A program made the translations under genes and the position numbers. A stretch of DNA of 58,165 nt, the filler included, from Basidiobolus ranarum (lineage: Eukaryota), in the NCBI GenBank assembly GCA_040143965.1. It is 3 parts of 3 records of this genome, joined end to end, with 100 filler letters (N's around TTAATTAATTAA, not from the genome) between each part and the next. Parts side by side here need not be neighbours in the genome. Positions count along the whole stretch, not along the records: positions 19,474 to 38,793 come from JASJQH010007129.1; 2 more parts are not named here. The stretch is one strand, 5' to 3'. Positions 25,409 through 38,893 of the stretch are shown piece by piece. The notes under the pieces were generated by a model. The model saw only the letters and a list, made by a program, of their open reading frames with translations. It made no database searches and was not told the DNA's origin. Each line of letters begins with the position of its first letter. The first letter of the stretch is position 1.

Positions 25409-27948
25409 ATGTCATTCACTAGTCCCACAAGAACCCCCAAAAGCAGTAATAGAACGCTTTCCCCGTCGCCACCTCAAATAGACGAAGTGGCAGACCGGTT
25501 TATCTCTAGTCCTATTCGTAATGAGATTGACCGAGCTTCATATTCACCAAGATACAATAACATTCTTAAGCAAAAACTCGCTGGCGTTACCAGCCCAGAG
25601 AAAAACCCACAGGTGGGTTCACCTTTTAGATTGAAGAATTCTCCAAGATCACCAGCACCAATTAGTCCAATATGCACCAGAAAATCTCCAAGAGCAACCC
25701 TTTTTGACTCAGGTATATACATAATATGTAAACCAAGTTTCTTTCTATTTGAAACCCGACTTATTTTTGTTTACTCAGCAGAAGTACCCGAGTCGCCATC
25801 ATCCCCGCTCACACGTCTTTGCTCACCAGTTGAGGTAGCTTCTCCAACTCGTTCTACTCGTCTCCAGTTCGAAGCATTATCACCCATATCCTGCGATGAG
25901 AGTGCAGATTTTTATCTAGAAGATAGTGAGAGCAATTTCTTTGCTTCTCCACGCAAACCTAAAAAGCTTATCTTCCAAGATACTGAGGAATCTAATGATT
26001 TACTTTCCAACGCCACTGAATTAAAGAGAGATACACATCAAAGTATAGATCATAAGCAGCCTGGCATACCTCGGAAAGAACTATCCAACCTAATCCCCCG
26101 GTTTTATTTCCCCGGCGGAAACCCCGAGTTTATCTCAGCTTACCATAAGCAAATTTCAGATAATTTGGTTCGACTCATCCTTGGCCAATATGATACTGTT
26201 CTGTTACTAAATCGCCCTTGAATTTATCTAGGTCAACTTGAAATCAATCTTTGACAGACAAGGCCCATTGACCGACGAGAACTTTGTTCCAGTCACAGAA
26301 GCATTCCAACTACCCCGTTATTTTACTTTTGCATTATTCCGTAAAATAGAAATGATAGTAGATGGCGAAAATTCCATCAGTTATAGCGAGTTAATGAGGT
26401 AAGCTTCCTTTTGCAGTTTATTTTAACATTCTCAGTTATAGATTATTTACTTGTTGGTGCGTTAGGGGTTGGAAGTTACTTCAAAAAGAGATTACTGATG
26501 AAACATCACTTGGCTTCTACTTGTTGAAACAAGAAGAGAATGACCACTTGGTCCCTGAAGACTTTTATGTCATTCTGGAAGGTTCGACATGTCTTTTCAC
26601 ACTACCATGAACAGTTCTTTTAAACCATTCTATTTGGTAGATATCATTTGTGGCCATCCAGAGTTGGAGTTTTTGAACGGAAATACCACTTTTCAGGATA
26701 GATATGGTACCTTCACTCTTTAGTACTGGCATGCTCTATGTTGTACTAACTATAGTTAATTTAGCCGAAACCGTTGTGTCGCGTCTGTTTTATGAACACA
26801 ACCGTAGCTGGACCGGTAAACTCAAGTTCCAAGAATTTAAGCGCGGAAACATTGTCGAAATCATTCGAAATATTGAAAATGGAATTGATTCCGATGAGGT
26901 ACGTTTGTTTATATTGACCAACCCCTATATAGCTCACGCTAACCATGTACGTATAGTGCAAAACCTGCTTCTCTTACAAAGATTTCTATGTGATATACTG
27001 TAAATTCTGGGAGTTGGATGAGGATCACGACTTGGAGATCAACGAGGACCAACTGGCTTCCTATATGGAGGGCTCCCTGACCGACAAGATCATCAGACGT
27101 GTGATTGATGGCTATGGAAAAATTAGTGATTTGCCACTGGCTGATTATCCAGAGCCTAAAATGAGCTACAAAGATTTTGTTTGTAAGTGAATAGCTTCTG
27201 TTGGAGCAAGTCTCTTTTCGCAGTCTAATCGAGCTCTGATGTTTAGGGTTTATTTTGTCCGAGGTCAATAAGAATTCACCAACTGCTATTGAATACTGGT
27301 TCCGTTGTCTGGACATCGATGGAGATGGCCTACTCACAGTGTTTGAATTGGAATATTTCTATGAAGAACAGTTGAGCCGTATGGAGTATGCTGGTGTGGA
27401 ATATGTTGGCTTGGACGACTGTTTCTGTCAAATGTAAGCTATACGAAGTTTAATTAATCTTTACGTGATTCTAATCATTCCGTATTTTGCTTTGATGCAC
27501 AAAGGTCAGACTTGGTGAAGCCCAAAAAAGAGGGAATTATCACCCTGATGGACCTGAAGAACTGTCCGGAGGCTAGCGTGTTCTTTGACATGTTCTTTAA
27601 TTTATCTCGTTTCATTGATTACGAAAGTCGACCAAGGCACTTGCGTAGAAAACGCAAGATGGGCCGTTTCGAAGAAGTTGTCAGGTTAGCTCTTCATTTT
27701 ATTTATATTTCAATTGATTTTACGCGAGCTAACTAGTTTCTCTTAGTCCTTGGGATGAATATGTTGAGGTAGAGTATGATCGTTTAGTGTATGGCGCCGA
27801 AGAGGACGAGGAAGAAGAATGCGAAGAGCAATGTGACGAGGCAAATAACGAGGACGGAAGCTATAATTTTCTAGAAGAGGATGATGGTGATACTACCCAG
27901 TTCGCACAGACCTTGAAACGAGCACAGAATGCAGTACCAAGTTACTAG
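25409..27948 (+). CDS. PPP2R3: PP2A regulatory subunit B'' (PR72/PR130, EF-hand); multi-exon
   Basis: IPRFYFPGG, GHPELEFL..FQDRYAETVVSRLFY..NRSWTGKL, FYVIYCKFWELDEDHDL, MSYKDFV, AIEYWFRCLDIDGDGLLTVFELEYFYEEQ, ITLMDLKNC, WDEYVEVEYDRLV. SP-rich disordered N-terminus. Confidence 0.93.
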
Positions 27949-28299
27949 CACCATTTATTCACTTCCCTCTCGAACCATCACCCTCTCTTACACTCTGGTA
28001 GTTCACACCAATATCTCTTAGATCCCTTTGCTACCTACAGATGTTGATTTTTTTGACCAAAGACGGATCTGGTAGAATACTTATATATTTCTAAATCACC
28101 CATCCATTATACGTGTAACTTTGTCTCGTTTCAATCTTTTCACCTTAATTCTTATATATTTTGACCAATTATAAAGCACCTACTACTACGTATCTTATAC
28201 ACTGGTTTTTGATGCAAAATTTCTGTGGACTTATATTAATGCTAGACAGATGGTTATTTTAGAGGCAAGCTCAATGAATGACGTAAAAGCCCATGTTTT

Positions 28300-31110
28300 C
28301 TATTTCCAAATACAAATAGTTCGATCTCTGTCTGCGCTAAATAAATTATCTCCCAATGGACTCCAAACCACGCCACAGATAGCTCCACTACATGATGATA
28401 ATTAGCATCCATTGAAATGTGTGAGCCAACCGAAGCCAAAACTTACGTGTGTTCTTTGAGTTTTTTCTCCACTTGGCCGGATTCTGCGTCCCAAAAGTAG
28501 ATCGTTCCATCTATTAAGTTGATTTGATTCTATTTAGTTAAAAATAATAGCTACCTTGGTAATGAGTATAGATACTTTACCTGCCGAACCAGCAGCTACA
28601 TATTTCCCATCTCGGCTAAAAGCAGAGAAGACCGCTATCGTTAGTTGGTTGACTGATAGATCAAGGTCAAGTGTACAAACCTAATAGCTGCTTTAGCCCA
28701 GTTGATTCCACTGATGTAGCCCTCAGCCCTAAGAGAAATATGAATATCCCCATTTCAACAAAAGAGATTTGAAGTTCTGAACTTACTGATATACATGAAG
28801 CGTCTGGTAATTTCTCAGGTCTATGAGCTTTAAAGTATTATCTCTGGAGCTGGTTAACATTTTACAACCATCTAATAGCAACACAAATTAACAACTGCTA
28901 ATGTTAGAATACTAAAGGTGGGGTTTTACCAGAAGTAACGCCAACTGACGTGATCTGAGCCTGATGTATTCCACTCAATTCCTTGATACATTTCCCACTT
29001 CGAGTATCCCAAATGCGGGCATTGTTGTCTAAATGACCGCTCACTATCGTTACACTTTTGAAATCTCCATGTTAGTCACAACTCGTAGGATACAGAATGA
29101 CAAGTACAAACCCATCACTATCGGCAAGGCATATATCATTGCAGCTGGAGAAAGAAAAGATTGTCCGAACGCCTTCATATAAACAATTGGTAAGTAAATA
29201 GGCTCTGCAGAATCCTGGTGGAAACGAAGAAGCAAGATCTTACAGTATCCCCGATTCAAGTCCCAAATTTTGAGTGTGCGGTCATGACTACCAGATATCT
29301 AGTTCGTGTGTGAGTGTGTGAGATCACAAATCGAAATCGAGTCCAGACAACTTACTACGCGAGAAGAATCTCCATTAAATCTTGCCGAGAAAACCTTCCC
29401 AATATGACCAGTTAAAGTCATCTTAGAGAAAAAAAAACAGGACATCAGACATTTATGATACTCAGCTGTGCTATTCTAAAGCCTCTAACCTTTAAGCGCC
29501 CCGTGCTAGTGCTCCATAAACGAGTTGAGTTATCATTTGAGGTGCCAAGAATCATGTCGTCCGTATGACTAAAATCAACACACATAACAGACTGAAGAGA
29601 ACCACTGAAAGTCTGAATCAATGTTCCTATGACCAATTTAAGTATTTGTAGAAAATGTAGAAACAAGTTTGAAGTAAAAACCTTTTCGAGTGTCAAATAC
29701 TTTAACTTTCTTGTCCTCTCCCCCAGTCGCTATCATTGTCCCGTCAGGCGAGGTTTGGATAGTATTTATAACATCGGAGTGTGCGGGCTTGATATTGTTT
29801 CCAATTAGCTTAATGAGATTACAGAAGCAACAATCTAGATACGTGTGCATGAAAAGGCACTCACAAATTTAAACTTTATCTCAGTTGGCAGAATGCATTC
29901 GGCGTGTATTTCTTCGCTTATCTGCTTTGCGAATGGTGTAGGGCTTGTCTGAGGTGACCCTATAGTCGATCTACGAAGTCTAAAAATGCCAATTGGTGTT
30001 TTGTTAAAATCGAGGCTGACTTTATAGTTCATTTCATAATAGCTCGTACTTCCAAATAGCGTCTGCCAAGTAATTAGATCCCGAAAGAGTCTTCTCTTGT
30101 TGACTTGCTCCTGGAGATCTTTGACCAACCAAGAAAATTGAATTTTAGACACGGTGGTATTGAGCCAAGATCAATATTTGCCTGCAAAGAAATACCTTTG
30201 GCCATATAGATTTGCTTCATTCATCCGCTCAACTTCCTCGTTCTTCTTTTTAATCCAACGATCAAGGAGCTCCGCGTTCTCTTTCTTTATGTCCGCCATT
30301 TTTTCGTCTGTTTTGGTCAGTTCTAGCTGCAATGCCGTCATCTCATCATGGATGAACTATTGACTGTGATTAGTACTGGTCATTTTGCAACTTAATAAGC
30401 AAACAAGTTACTTGAATGGTTGAGTCTTTTTCACGTATGACCTCAACCTGATGCTTGGCTTTCGTCATTAGCTTCTCCACTTCCGTTGTAAGCTTCTCTA
30501 TCCTTGATAGCATTCAAAATGTATCAGATACTACAAGGCAAAAAAATGCCACATTTATGTATTATCTCAAACACACTGTCTACCTCAATTGATCCTCTTT
30601 GACTTTCTCTTCCATCTTTTTCATAATTTCATTGGCCTCTAACAATCTTTGAGCATTTTGTCCCTGAGTTTTATACAATTCTCCTCGTTCATCTTTCAAG
30701 TCCAAAATTTGCTTTTCCAACTCTCTGATGCGGCTTTGATCAGCAAGTGAGGATGTTCTAGGTCAAAATAAGCACAATACACAATCGTTAGCAACAATTC
30801 CATAAAGAGACCTTTTCATATGCATGGAAACCTTTCTTCAAGCTTTCCGCTATTCAAATTTTGAAGGTCAATGTGCTGCTGCCTCTTCAAACTTGCTATT
30901 TCCTCTTCATATTCTCTTTTCGTGACGAGTAATTTTTGTTCTAGTCGATAATCTGAGTTTGTTCACCAATATAAGTTTAAAACTTTGACGACAAAGTACA
31001 ATGTACTTACATGAATCAAATACGCTTTTGAATCCTAGAACTGTAACATCTCTGTTTTGAAATTGAGTAAGAAGATTTGCCTCCCAAGGATTCAGGTGCT
31101 TAGCGGTCAT
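28300..31110 (-). CDS. ATG16: ATG16L1/TipD-like autophagy protein: ATG16 coiled coil plus WD40 propeller; many exons
   Basis: N-terminal PWEANLLTQFQNRD, ELYKTQGQNAQRLL, IHDEMTALQLEL..KKENAELLDRWIKKKNEEVERMNEAN. WD repeats LTGHIGKVFSARF..SGSHDRTLKIWDL..SSCND..SGHLD..SSRDNTLKLIDLR..YVAAGSADG. Confidence 0.9.
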
Positions 31111-31481
31111 GAATTATATTCTTAAAAACGGTATGAAATAATGTGGATTTTAAAATACAAGATTTATATCTGAATGTTCATTGGGGAAATCGACTTTATA
31201 TTGCTGAACCAATGTATGTGAAAATTGTAATCCGCAGGCACATTTACATCACTATGTCTAGCCCAATGATTCATGAATGCCTGATGAGACTGCTTTCAAT
31301 ACCCAGATTTTGGGATTGATAAACCGAAGTATTATTCACTAAAAGAGTGAAGTAAATCGAAAAATGTAAAAATTCTGCGCCTTTCAATGCCATTGCAATG
31401 ATGTCTGCTAGTCACGTTTATTACAAATATATCTATACAGTTGGATTAAAATTATGAGAAGCGAACAACCTCCATGATGGC

Positions 31482-32610
31482 CTACAACCCAGCCAAAGGA
31501 TCAACATTAATATCTACACCAGCATCGGCATCAGTCTCTATCCCCTGCTCCTCCTAATCACGACGTTAAAGCCTGCTCTTTAAAGTTCAATGTGTTTACA
31601 AACTTACCATAAGGTCCTTTGGTTTACCAGGCATAAACTCAGTAATGGTGTTGAAAATATCGTTAAACTGTAGATATTTCCGCTGTTATCATATGTTTAT
31701 CACTACTCGACCATGACTAAAGACATACCATTCTTTTTCGTGTTTTCCATATTTTTCTATTATTCTCATATTCATTGTCGATCTTCTTCTTATCTTCCAA
31801 TGTCATTTGCTTTCCGCCTTCTCTCAAATTAGCCAATCTTTCTTCGTACTTCTTGTTCTATTAATGAAGCAGACAGAAAGTTAAAATATATCCATGAATA
31901 TGAACTAGCTACATTTGTGTTTGACATACTTCAGCTTCGAGCAAACTTAGTTTTTCTTCAATCTCCTCATTTGTGAGTGAATTATTGAGACCACTCAGAA
32001 CTAAGGGGGGGACTTAACTGCAAGATCTAAACAACTAAAAGAGAAAGATCTAAAGAATTACCAGAAGTCAACTGTTTGTTTTTTTCTTTCTCTTGAGCCA
32101 CTTTTTGCTTAATCTCTTCGATCGATTTATCCATCTCGTTCAAGTCTTCTTGAGAAGGAGTTTCAAATTTATCCTAAAAGTCAAGAGGATTAACAAGTCT
32201 CCTACATGAAACGAAGTGTTTTCGGGTTACCTGACTGATGCAGTAAACCCATTGCTTTCCGTAAGCTTTTCCTATAATTTCCTCTTTTTCTACTAGTTGA
32301 GTAAGGATCTTTTGGACTGCGGTTTTCCCCACGGCACCATGAAGGTTATTGAATACATCGGCTATGAAAAAGTAATCAAATGTTTGAGGATCCAAATGTT
32401 TAAAGAAAGTAGAAAGATTATTTCAAAACGCTTACTTACTAGCACTATATGGTCTATTGGTTTTTCTTAAATAATCGAGCACAGTTTGTTCGACTTTAGC
32501 AAAAAATTGCTTTAGTTCTTCACAAATCACTGAGTTTATAAATATTTCAATACATGGAAAATACCATCATCAACGTTCTCTAACTTAGCCTTTTTCTTGG
32601 TGGGTGCCAT
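31482..32610 (-). CDS. HOP2: Homologous-pairing protein Hop2 (TBPIP/PSMC3IP); multi-exon
   Basis: VLDYLRKTNRPYSATDVFNNLHGAVGKTAVQKIL..KAYGKQWVYCISQ, coiled coil, RKIWKTRKRMF, GIETD. Confidence 0.93.
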
Positions 32611-33003
32611 TTTCTACAACTACTACAGTGTACTAAACCCAGTTCTAGTGAATTAACATCAATCTTGGCATTACTTTGTATTAAATATTATTATGTCAAC
32701 AAATGCCATTGAAAATTAAGCTGCGGCTATGCATAATAGATATTTTTTAAACATTTAGACAAATATTAGGCCAAAATTGGGGAATGAATGAGAAATCGGT
32801 TGTATTTATTGATTTAATATGTTGAATGGATATTTAGTTGGCGATTTTTACTTAATTCCCATTAAAAATTGAAAAAAGAAAAATCATCAAAACAAATCAA
32901 ATCTAGAAATCTTTTGGTTTGATAATTATACATTTACATTCTTCAACGAGCCTTTAGACGACTACGGTCACCTCGGTTCAATCTTGAAATATATATAACT
33001 ATA

Positions 33004-36000
33004 ATGGCGGCTAATCTTAAACAGCTTTTAGAGCAATCGCGTCGATTAACTGACCAGATATCTTCTTCTGTTGACTTACCACAGATTGAAAGAGGCCTTG
33101 GTCAGATTGAAAATTCTTCCAGAAAACTCGCTGCTAAGGCTGCTAGAACTGGCGATGGAATCGATAGTAAAGCGTAAGTCCAATCGTATAAACATGTATA
33201 TAATATGGAAAGATCCTTATTTATTTTGTACTTTCTCCTAGTCACTATCTTCTCGCTGATGGTGGTTTCAACGCCGACGAACTGACACAAACTCTCAACT
33301 CTATTAATCCCCTTGCCACATTTGAACCTTTAAAGCCAATTCATGATACAGACATTGAGGTACTAGAAGATCTTAAAGAATAGGATATAGCACGTCGATC
33401 AGTCTCTAAAATATTTTATTTTACAGGGTCATTTACGTCACGAGTACGAACAGATTATCGTTAGTGCCATAGAAGAAGGACGTAAGCAGGTTCGTTCTTT
33501 TGTTTTCTCTTTATCATAAGCAGTTTAACTTGAACTATTTTTTTACCATTAGTCTCTTCAAGATTTTGACTCTACTTGTGAACGTCTTCTCTCACTCGAA
33601 TGGGAAAGATCTAAAAAGAAGATATTTGAAGAGCTTGGCCAACATAAGGGAAGAGGCATGGAGGGAATGGAAACTGATTTTGGTTCTTCTGAAATCACTT
33701 CTAATTTCTTAGGCAGCTCTCAATTGGGTGCTTCTCAACTAGGTCGCAGTGTACGCTCTAGTAACCAAGCTGCCTCCGGTTTGCAATCACATTCTAGAAT
33801 GATTCGCTATTCCACTGTTGTCAAGGCTCTTAACGATCATCGCCTTATTGGAGAAGCTTATGGTATTGTTCATGCTTTTGAAGAAACCGCCAAAAGCTTG
33901 AGTGGTGATATGAAAGCTCAACAAATTATTGATAGTTGGAAATTGTTGGCTACTGTTGTTGGAGAACAACATGTCATCAATGGGGTATTCCAAAGACAAT
34001 CTCTTGAAGAAGGACAATATTCAAGAGCTTATTTAAACGAAAACTATAGTAGCTCTCAAGCCGTTAAACTCAGACAAACACTTGTTGATAATTCACGTAA
34101 ATACTTGGAAGATCAATTTTTGGAACACATTGAAAAAACCATTATCATGCGTCCTCAAGATGCTAATTTGGGCGGTATTCCTTCCACTCATAACAAGATT
34201 CGTGCTTATATTAATTTGAAGCTTTGGAGACCTGGAAACGTCTTCCCTCCTCATCTTGAAGTTTACAGCAACACACCAATTTGGGCACACATATACTATC
34301 TTTTAAGATCTGGACACGCCGAGGAAGCTTACAAATTTGTTTTAGAACATCAAAACTATCTTCAAAACTCCGAGAGCTCTTTTGTATCTTACTTCAAGGC
34401 CTATCTCAACGATGAAAATAGACTTCTTCCCAACAACATGCGCGAGTATTTGCTTTCCGAATATACGCAGCAAACTCGCAACGTTAGAGATATTCCTGAC
34501 CCATATAAGATTGCCGTGTATAAGATTCTAGGTAGATGCGAATTGAAGCAAAAGACTGTCGCCGATGTCATTCAAACCACCGAGGATTATCTTTGGCTTC
34601 AATTGACACTTATTAGAGAGTCTATCGAACCTAGTGATTTGGTTCACGAAAGATACTCCTTGAGAGATTTGCAAACCCTTTTGCTCAAGTTTGGAGCTGC
34701 TCATTTCAACCCCAAAGGAAACAATCCCATTCATTATTTCCAGGTTCTCTTGCTCAGTTGCCAATTCGAAAGAGCTGCTCATTACCTTTACATGTCCAAT
34801 AGATATCAAGTAGAAGCTGTTCACTTTGCGATAGCCCTTGCTTATTATGGTCTCCTTAAAGTCCCCAAGGATCTTCAAAACTTAGGAATGGACTTTTTGA
34901 TTAAGGACACCGATTCAACTGGATTCGAGTCAGTTTCGTTCAACATCCCTCGAATGATTCATCAATATACCAATATGTTCTCTCGTTCTGACCCCTTGGA
35001 GGCTTTACATTATCTCTGCATCCTTTGCCTCTTTGGTAAATCCGTTGGTGAAGATTATATCTCACTTTGCCACGATTATATATGTGATTTAGTTATGGAG
35101 ACAGGAGATTATCAGACTTTACTAGGTGACTTGAGGCCTGATGGCACTCATCAGCCTGGCTCCATTGAAAAATATCTTCCTCTTATCTCCATTAAAAACG
35201 AGAAAGAATTTGTTCGAGATCTCACCAAACGTACAGCTGAGAGGAATTATACCGAAGGGAAGTTCTCGGATGCCCTCCGTCTTTATGATTTAGCTGAAGA
35301 TTACGATACTGTCATCATGGTCATAATTAAGCAGCTCTCTGATTCCCTTGCAGCACCCATGCAGAAGCAACAAACCTTTGCAAATGACGTTTCTGGAGTG
35401 GTTGGTTTGTCCACAACATCGAACATCAAGATCACCGCTGAAGAGGTGATCTCACATTACATGCAAAGCCCAGAGAAGATCTCCAAGGTTTCAGAAAAGA
35501 GCAAAGAAACATGTGGCATCTTACTCAAATTGTTAGAGTTCAAATCATTAGCAGAAAACGGACGTTGGGAGGATGCGTTAATGGTAATTTAATGATAATA
35601 GCATATTGGTTTTAACATGGAATATTAATATCACCAATGTTATTTTAGGCTATCGAGACATTAAACATCATTCCACTTGAGAATGATATGAGCCTCATCA
35701 GCCGAAAGGTAGAGGAATTCAAGGGATTAGACGAGAATGTTGGTCGCCATTTCCCAGATATTCTGTTGACCACCATGAATGTATTGTCTAAGATTTATGG
35801 TCCTCTTAAGAACTCACCATATAGTGACTCTGCTCGTCAAAATGTAAGTGAAATTCGCCACATCTTTCCGACATGATTCCATTACTAATTTGAATCTTCC
35901 ATGAATTTAGAAAATGCTTATTATCCGTCAAAAAGCTAGAGCACTTATGGTATTCGCAGGTATGATTCAATTCAGAATGCCAGCAGATACCTACGCACAA

Positions 36001-36030
36001 TTAAATCGGTTGGATGTTTTTATGAACTAA
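33004..36030 (+). CDS. NIC96: Nuclear pore protein Nic96/Nup93; multi-exon
   Basis: LKQLLEQSRRL..DLPQIERGLGQIE, DTDIEGHLRHE, SRKYLEDQF, PIWAHIYYLLRSG, DPYKIAVYKILGRC, TTEDYLWLQL, VEAVHFAIAL, KARALMVFAGMIQFRMP. Confidence 0.96.
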
Positions 36031-36341
36031 TGAAATTAATGTAATATATTTCACATTCCTCTTTCGTTTACTTTGGATTTTATACAGATGAAAGGAAGAG
36101 AAAGGGAAATTCTTGGTTATTTCTTCATTTCTTCGTCATGTCATACACATTCATGAATAAAATCCAATATTTATTTTTTATCAAATCATTTGAATCTCCC
36201 TCTTGGAAATTTCACTCTAGTATGTATGTCGCTTTATTAAGGGTGAATAGATATTCTACTCGACATGACTGAAAATATCTCGTATAGATATGCTACCAAA
36301 ATAGCCCATAAAGTTATGGATCTAGTGAGAGCAAAAAATAA

Positions 36342-36413
36342 GGGCTCAACCGGGAATTGAACCCGGGACCTCCACGACCCGAACGAGGAATCATACGACT
36401 AGACCATTGAGCC
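36342..36413 (-). tRNA. tRNA-Pro(CGG), copy 1
   Basis: GGCTCAA acceptor pairs with TTGAGCC; anticodon loop TT-CGG-GT; T arm CCGGG-TTCAATT-CCCGG; downstream T6 Pol III terminator. Confidence 0.92.
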
Positions 36414-37422
36414 CTGGTTGATTGACGATATCATTGGAAATGGTCATTATACTCTCAAAGTCTAGTTAACTCCTGTTTCTATCGAGATATATACCCGAGT
36501 ATTCAAATACGGTGATATAAAGAACAACAAATATAATTCCGTTGCCTTCAAGGGAATACGGAGATATTAAGAACACTTCCTCAATCTCCTAGTCTTTACA
36601 CATGCTTTGTACTTAATGATATCCTTGGAGCAGTATGCACAACACTCAACACTATAAAAAACTTGATCGCCATGCTATTTAAGAAGGTAGGTATAAATCA
36701 TGAAATTTCTATGTTTAAGCAAAGTAAAAAAGTAAGGAATAGTAAAACCTCCCACACTACTATTCAAATTACTAAGTGATCTTGGTCCAGTATGGAATGA
36801 AAGAACCTCTTGAGTACTGAGGCAAGTCTGAACAAACTTAGTGCATCTCTAACTTTAAGCAAAAGAAATACAGTGGTGTTAGAAAATAAAAATATGCAAT
36901 GTATTTACATCTACAACCCTTCAAAAAGAGATATTCGATCTTCTCTTTCTATTGAGTAATTAAAACTCTAAAATTACGAAAGTTATACTTTGTTAGTTAT
37001 TGCCATGTATGAAACTTTTATGTTTATGTTTACAATAATTGTAATTAATATTTTTTTACTAATAAAGAAAGAGATATGGTCAACGCATCGGCACAATTTT
37101 CCACAGACCAAATGAATGGTTACTGGTAGTTGGTTCCTAATTGTTGACTTTCCATCTAGAGCACTTAAGACAGCTATAAAAACTGTCATGGCAGTGACTT
37201 GGCCGTATGATACCTAATCACCGTGGCATGTGCACATGATCCAATTTGTTCATCCGTTACTAGCTGCTATTTTATACTACCAGATGTCAAGGATGGGAAG
37301 TTGTGCAATTTCTTAGTAACAAAAGATATTTTGGTAGGAAATACAGATGGTAAGATCAATCATTAGTGGAGAGATATATTAATATTGAGATGGAGTCGTA
37401 ATGGTAACTACGCAAAAAGTGA

Positions 37423-37494
37423 GGGCTCAACCGGGAATTGAACCCGGGACCTCCACGACCCGAACGAGGAATCATACGACTAGACCATTGAGCC
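37423..37494 (-). tRNA. tRNA-Pro(CGG), copy 2
   Basis: Identical to copy 1, 1081 nt away; downstream T5 tract. Confidence 0.92.
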
Positions 37495-37998
37495 CTGATT
37501 GATTGATTATCCCTTTGAGAAGGAAGATTTTTATCACCAAATTCAATTTTTAAGCAAATATTTATGAATTAATAACCAAAGCGTACTGATTGGACTATTT
37601 ATTCATACTTAATTGTTTAAATTAAGAGATCTCATTATTAATATTGACAAGTTTGACGAATATAGTTTCCATAAATTCACTTGGTCAAAGCATTATAATG
37701 ATAGGTTGAATTTATATTGTACTTAAACTAAATGTGGTGATTATTTGTGTGAACTCTGTGTTCATTAGATTTTAATAAAACAATTAGGAGAACCTTTCAA
37801 ATTTAATAAACAGAAGGTCCCTTTTGAGTAAAGAGTAGTAAAGGTATATATCCATTACACTTGAACTGAAGCGTCACGAACCATGGCAAAGTGACATTGA
37901 GATTTGTTGATATAGCCTCAGTCATGTCGATAAAGAAATGGATTAGCTAAGCTCTTTGACACTTCTAGAGTATCCATATTCTATTCTAGACAACCTCA

Positions 37999-38037
37999 GC
38001 AGGTATGGATGCAGGTATGGATGCAGGTATGGATGCA
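37999..38037 (+). repeat. Short tandem repeat (GCAGGTATGGAT)x3
   Basis: Three exact 12-mers plus a partial fourth. Confidence 0.9.
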
Positions 38038-38793
38038 TAAACTGATCAGGCAACAGTTTCATAATGAAATTGACACCAAATACCACGTCTTTATGACATG
38101 CATTATCATTGATCACGAGTTTCTCAAAAGGAGCGATTGATCTTATTCGTATAGATTAAGGGCCAAGTAGGATTATAATCGAGCCCTGATATAAGCACCT
38201 CATATGGAGTTCTGGCAATAAGGGTTAGTTCGAAAGATTCATTTGGGACAACCATTGCCATTCTATTATTTCATTCTATTATTTTAGACAACCATCGCCA
38301 TTCAATTTACTATCATGTTCGGATGTTTATGCACCCTAAGCATTACATAGCAGGGATATCGGCATCATACTTGCTTAACAAGTAGCAGAATCAAATAGAC
38401 ACATAATGGTGACATAAATATGCGGATTACTCCTTCTGCCTGTTCCACTTCATTAAATTTATACTACCAAATGATTGTAATATACAAGATAAAAAAGGAA
38501 TCTGTTTCATCCGAATGTTCAACACAAAGTTTACCAAACAACGAGCACGCGTTGTAATTTTAATAACTAAATCAACTATATCCATTGGATCAGTTTATTG
38601 GATCCCAAGGAAAGAGGATAAAATTAGTTAAAGTATCAATTGATGAGTGGAGCACAAATAGTGCACACTAACCGGAAATAAGGTATTTGAGGAGGCTGTG
38701 ACAGGTGCGTTCCTGTAACGCCGGGTGTGATCGCGTATTTTTGTGACTTGAATGTTACCCCTTGAAATGAATGAATCTCTTTCATCATTAATA

Positions 38794-38893
38794 NNNNNNN
38801 NNNNNNNNNNNNNNNNNNNNNNNNNNNNNNNNNNNNNTTAATTAATTAANNNNNNNNNNNNNNNNNNNNNNNNNNNNNNNNNNNNNNNNNNNN
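38794..38893. other. Artificial contig spacer N44-TTAATTAATTAA-N44
   Basis: Same 100-nt linker as at 19374. Confidence 0.98.

Noticed and set aside
37999-38037. Direct repeats as a CRISPR-like array
   Set aside because: Three contiguous 12-mers with no spacers; a simple minisatellite.
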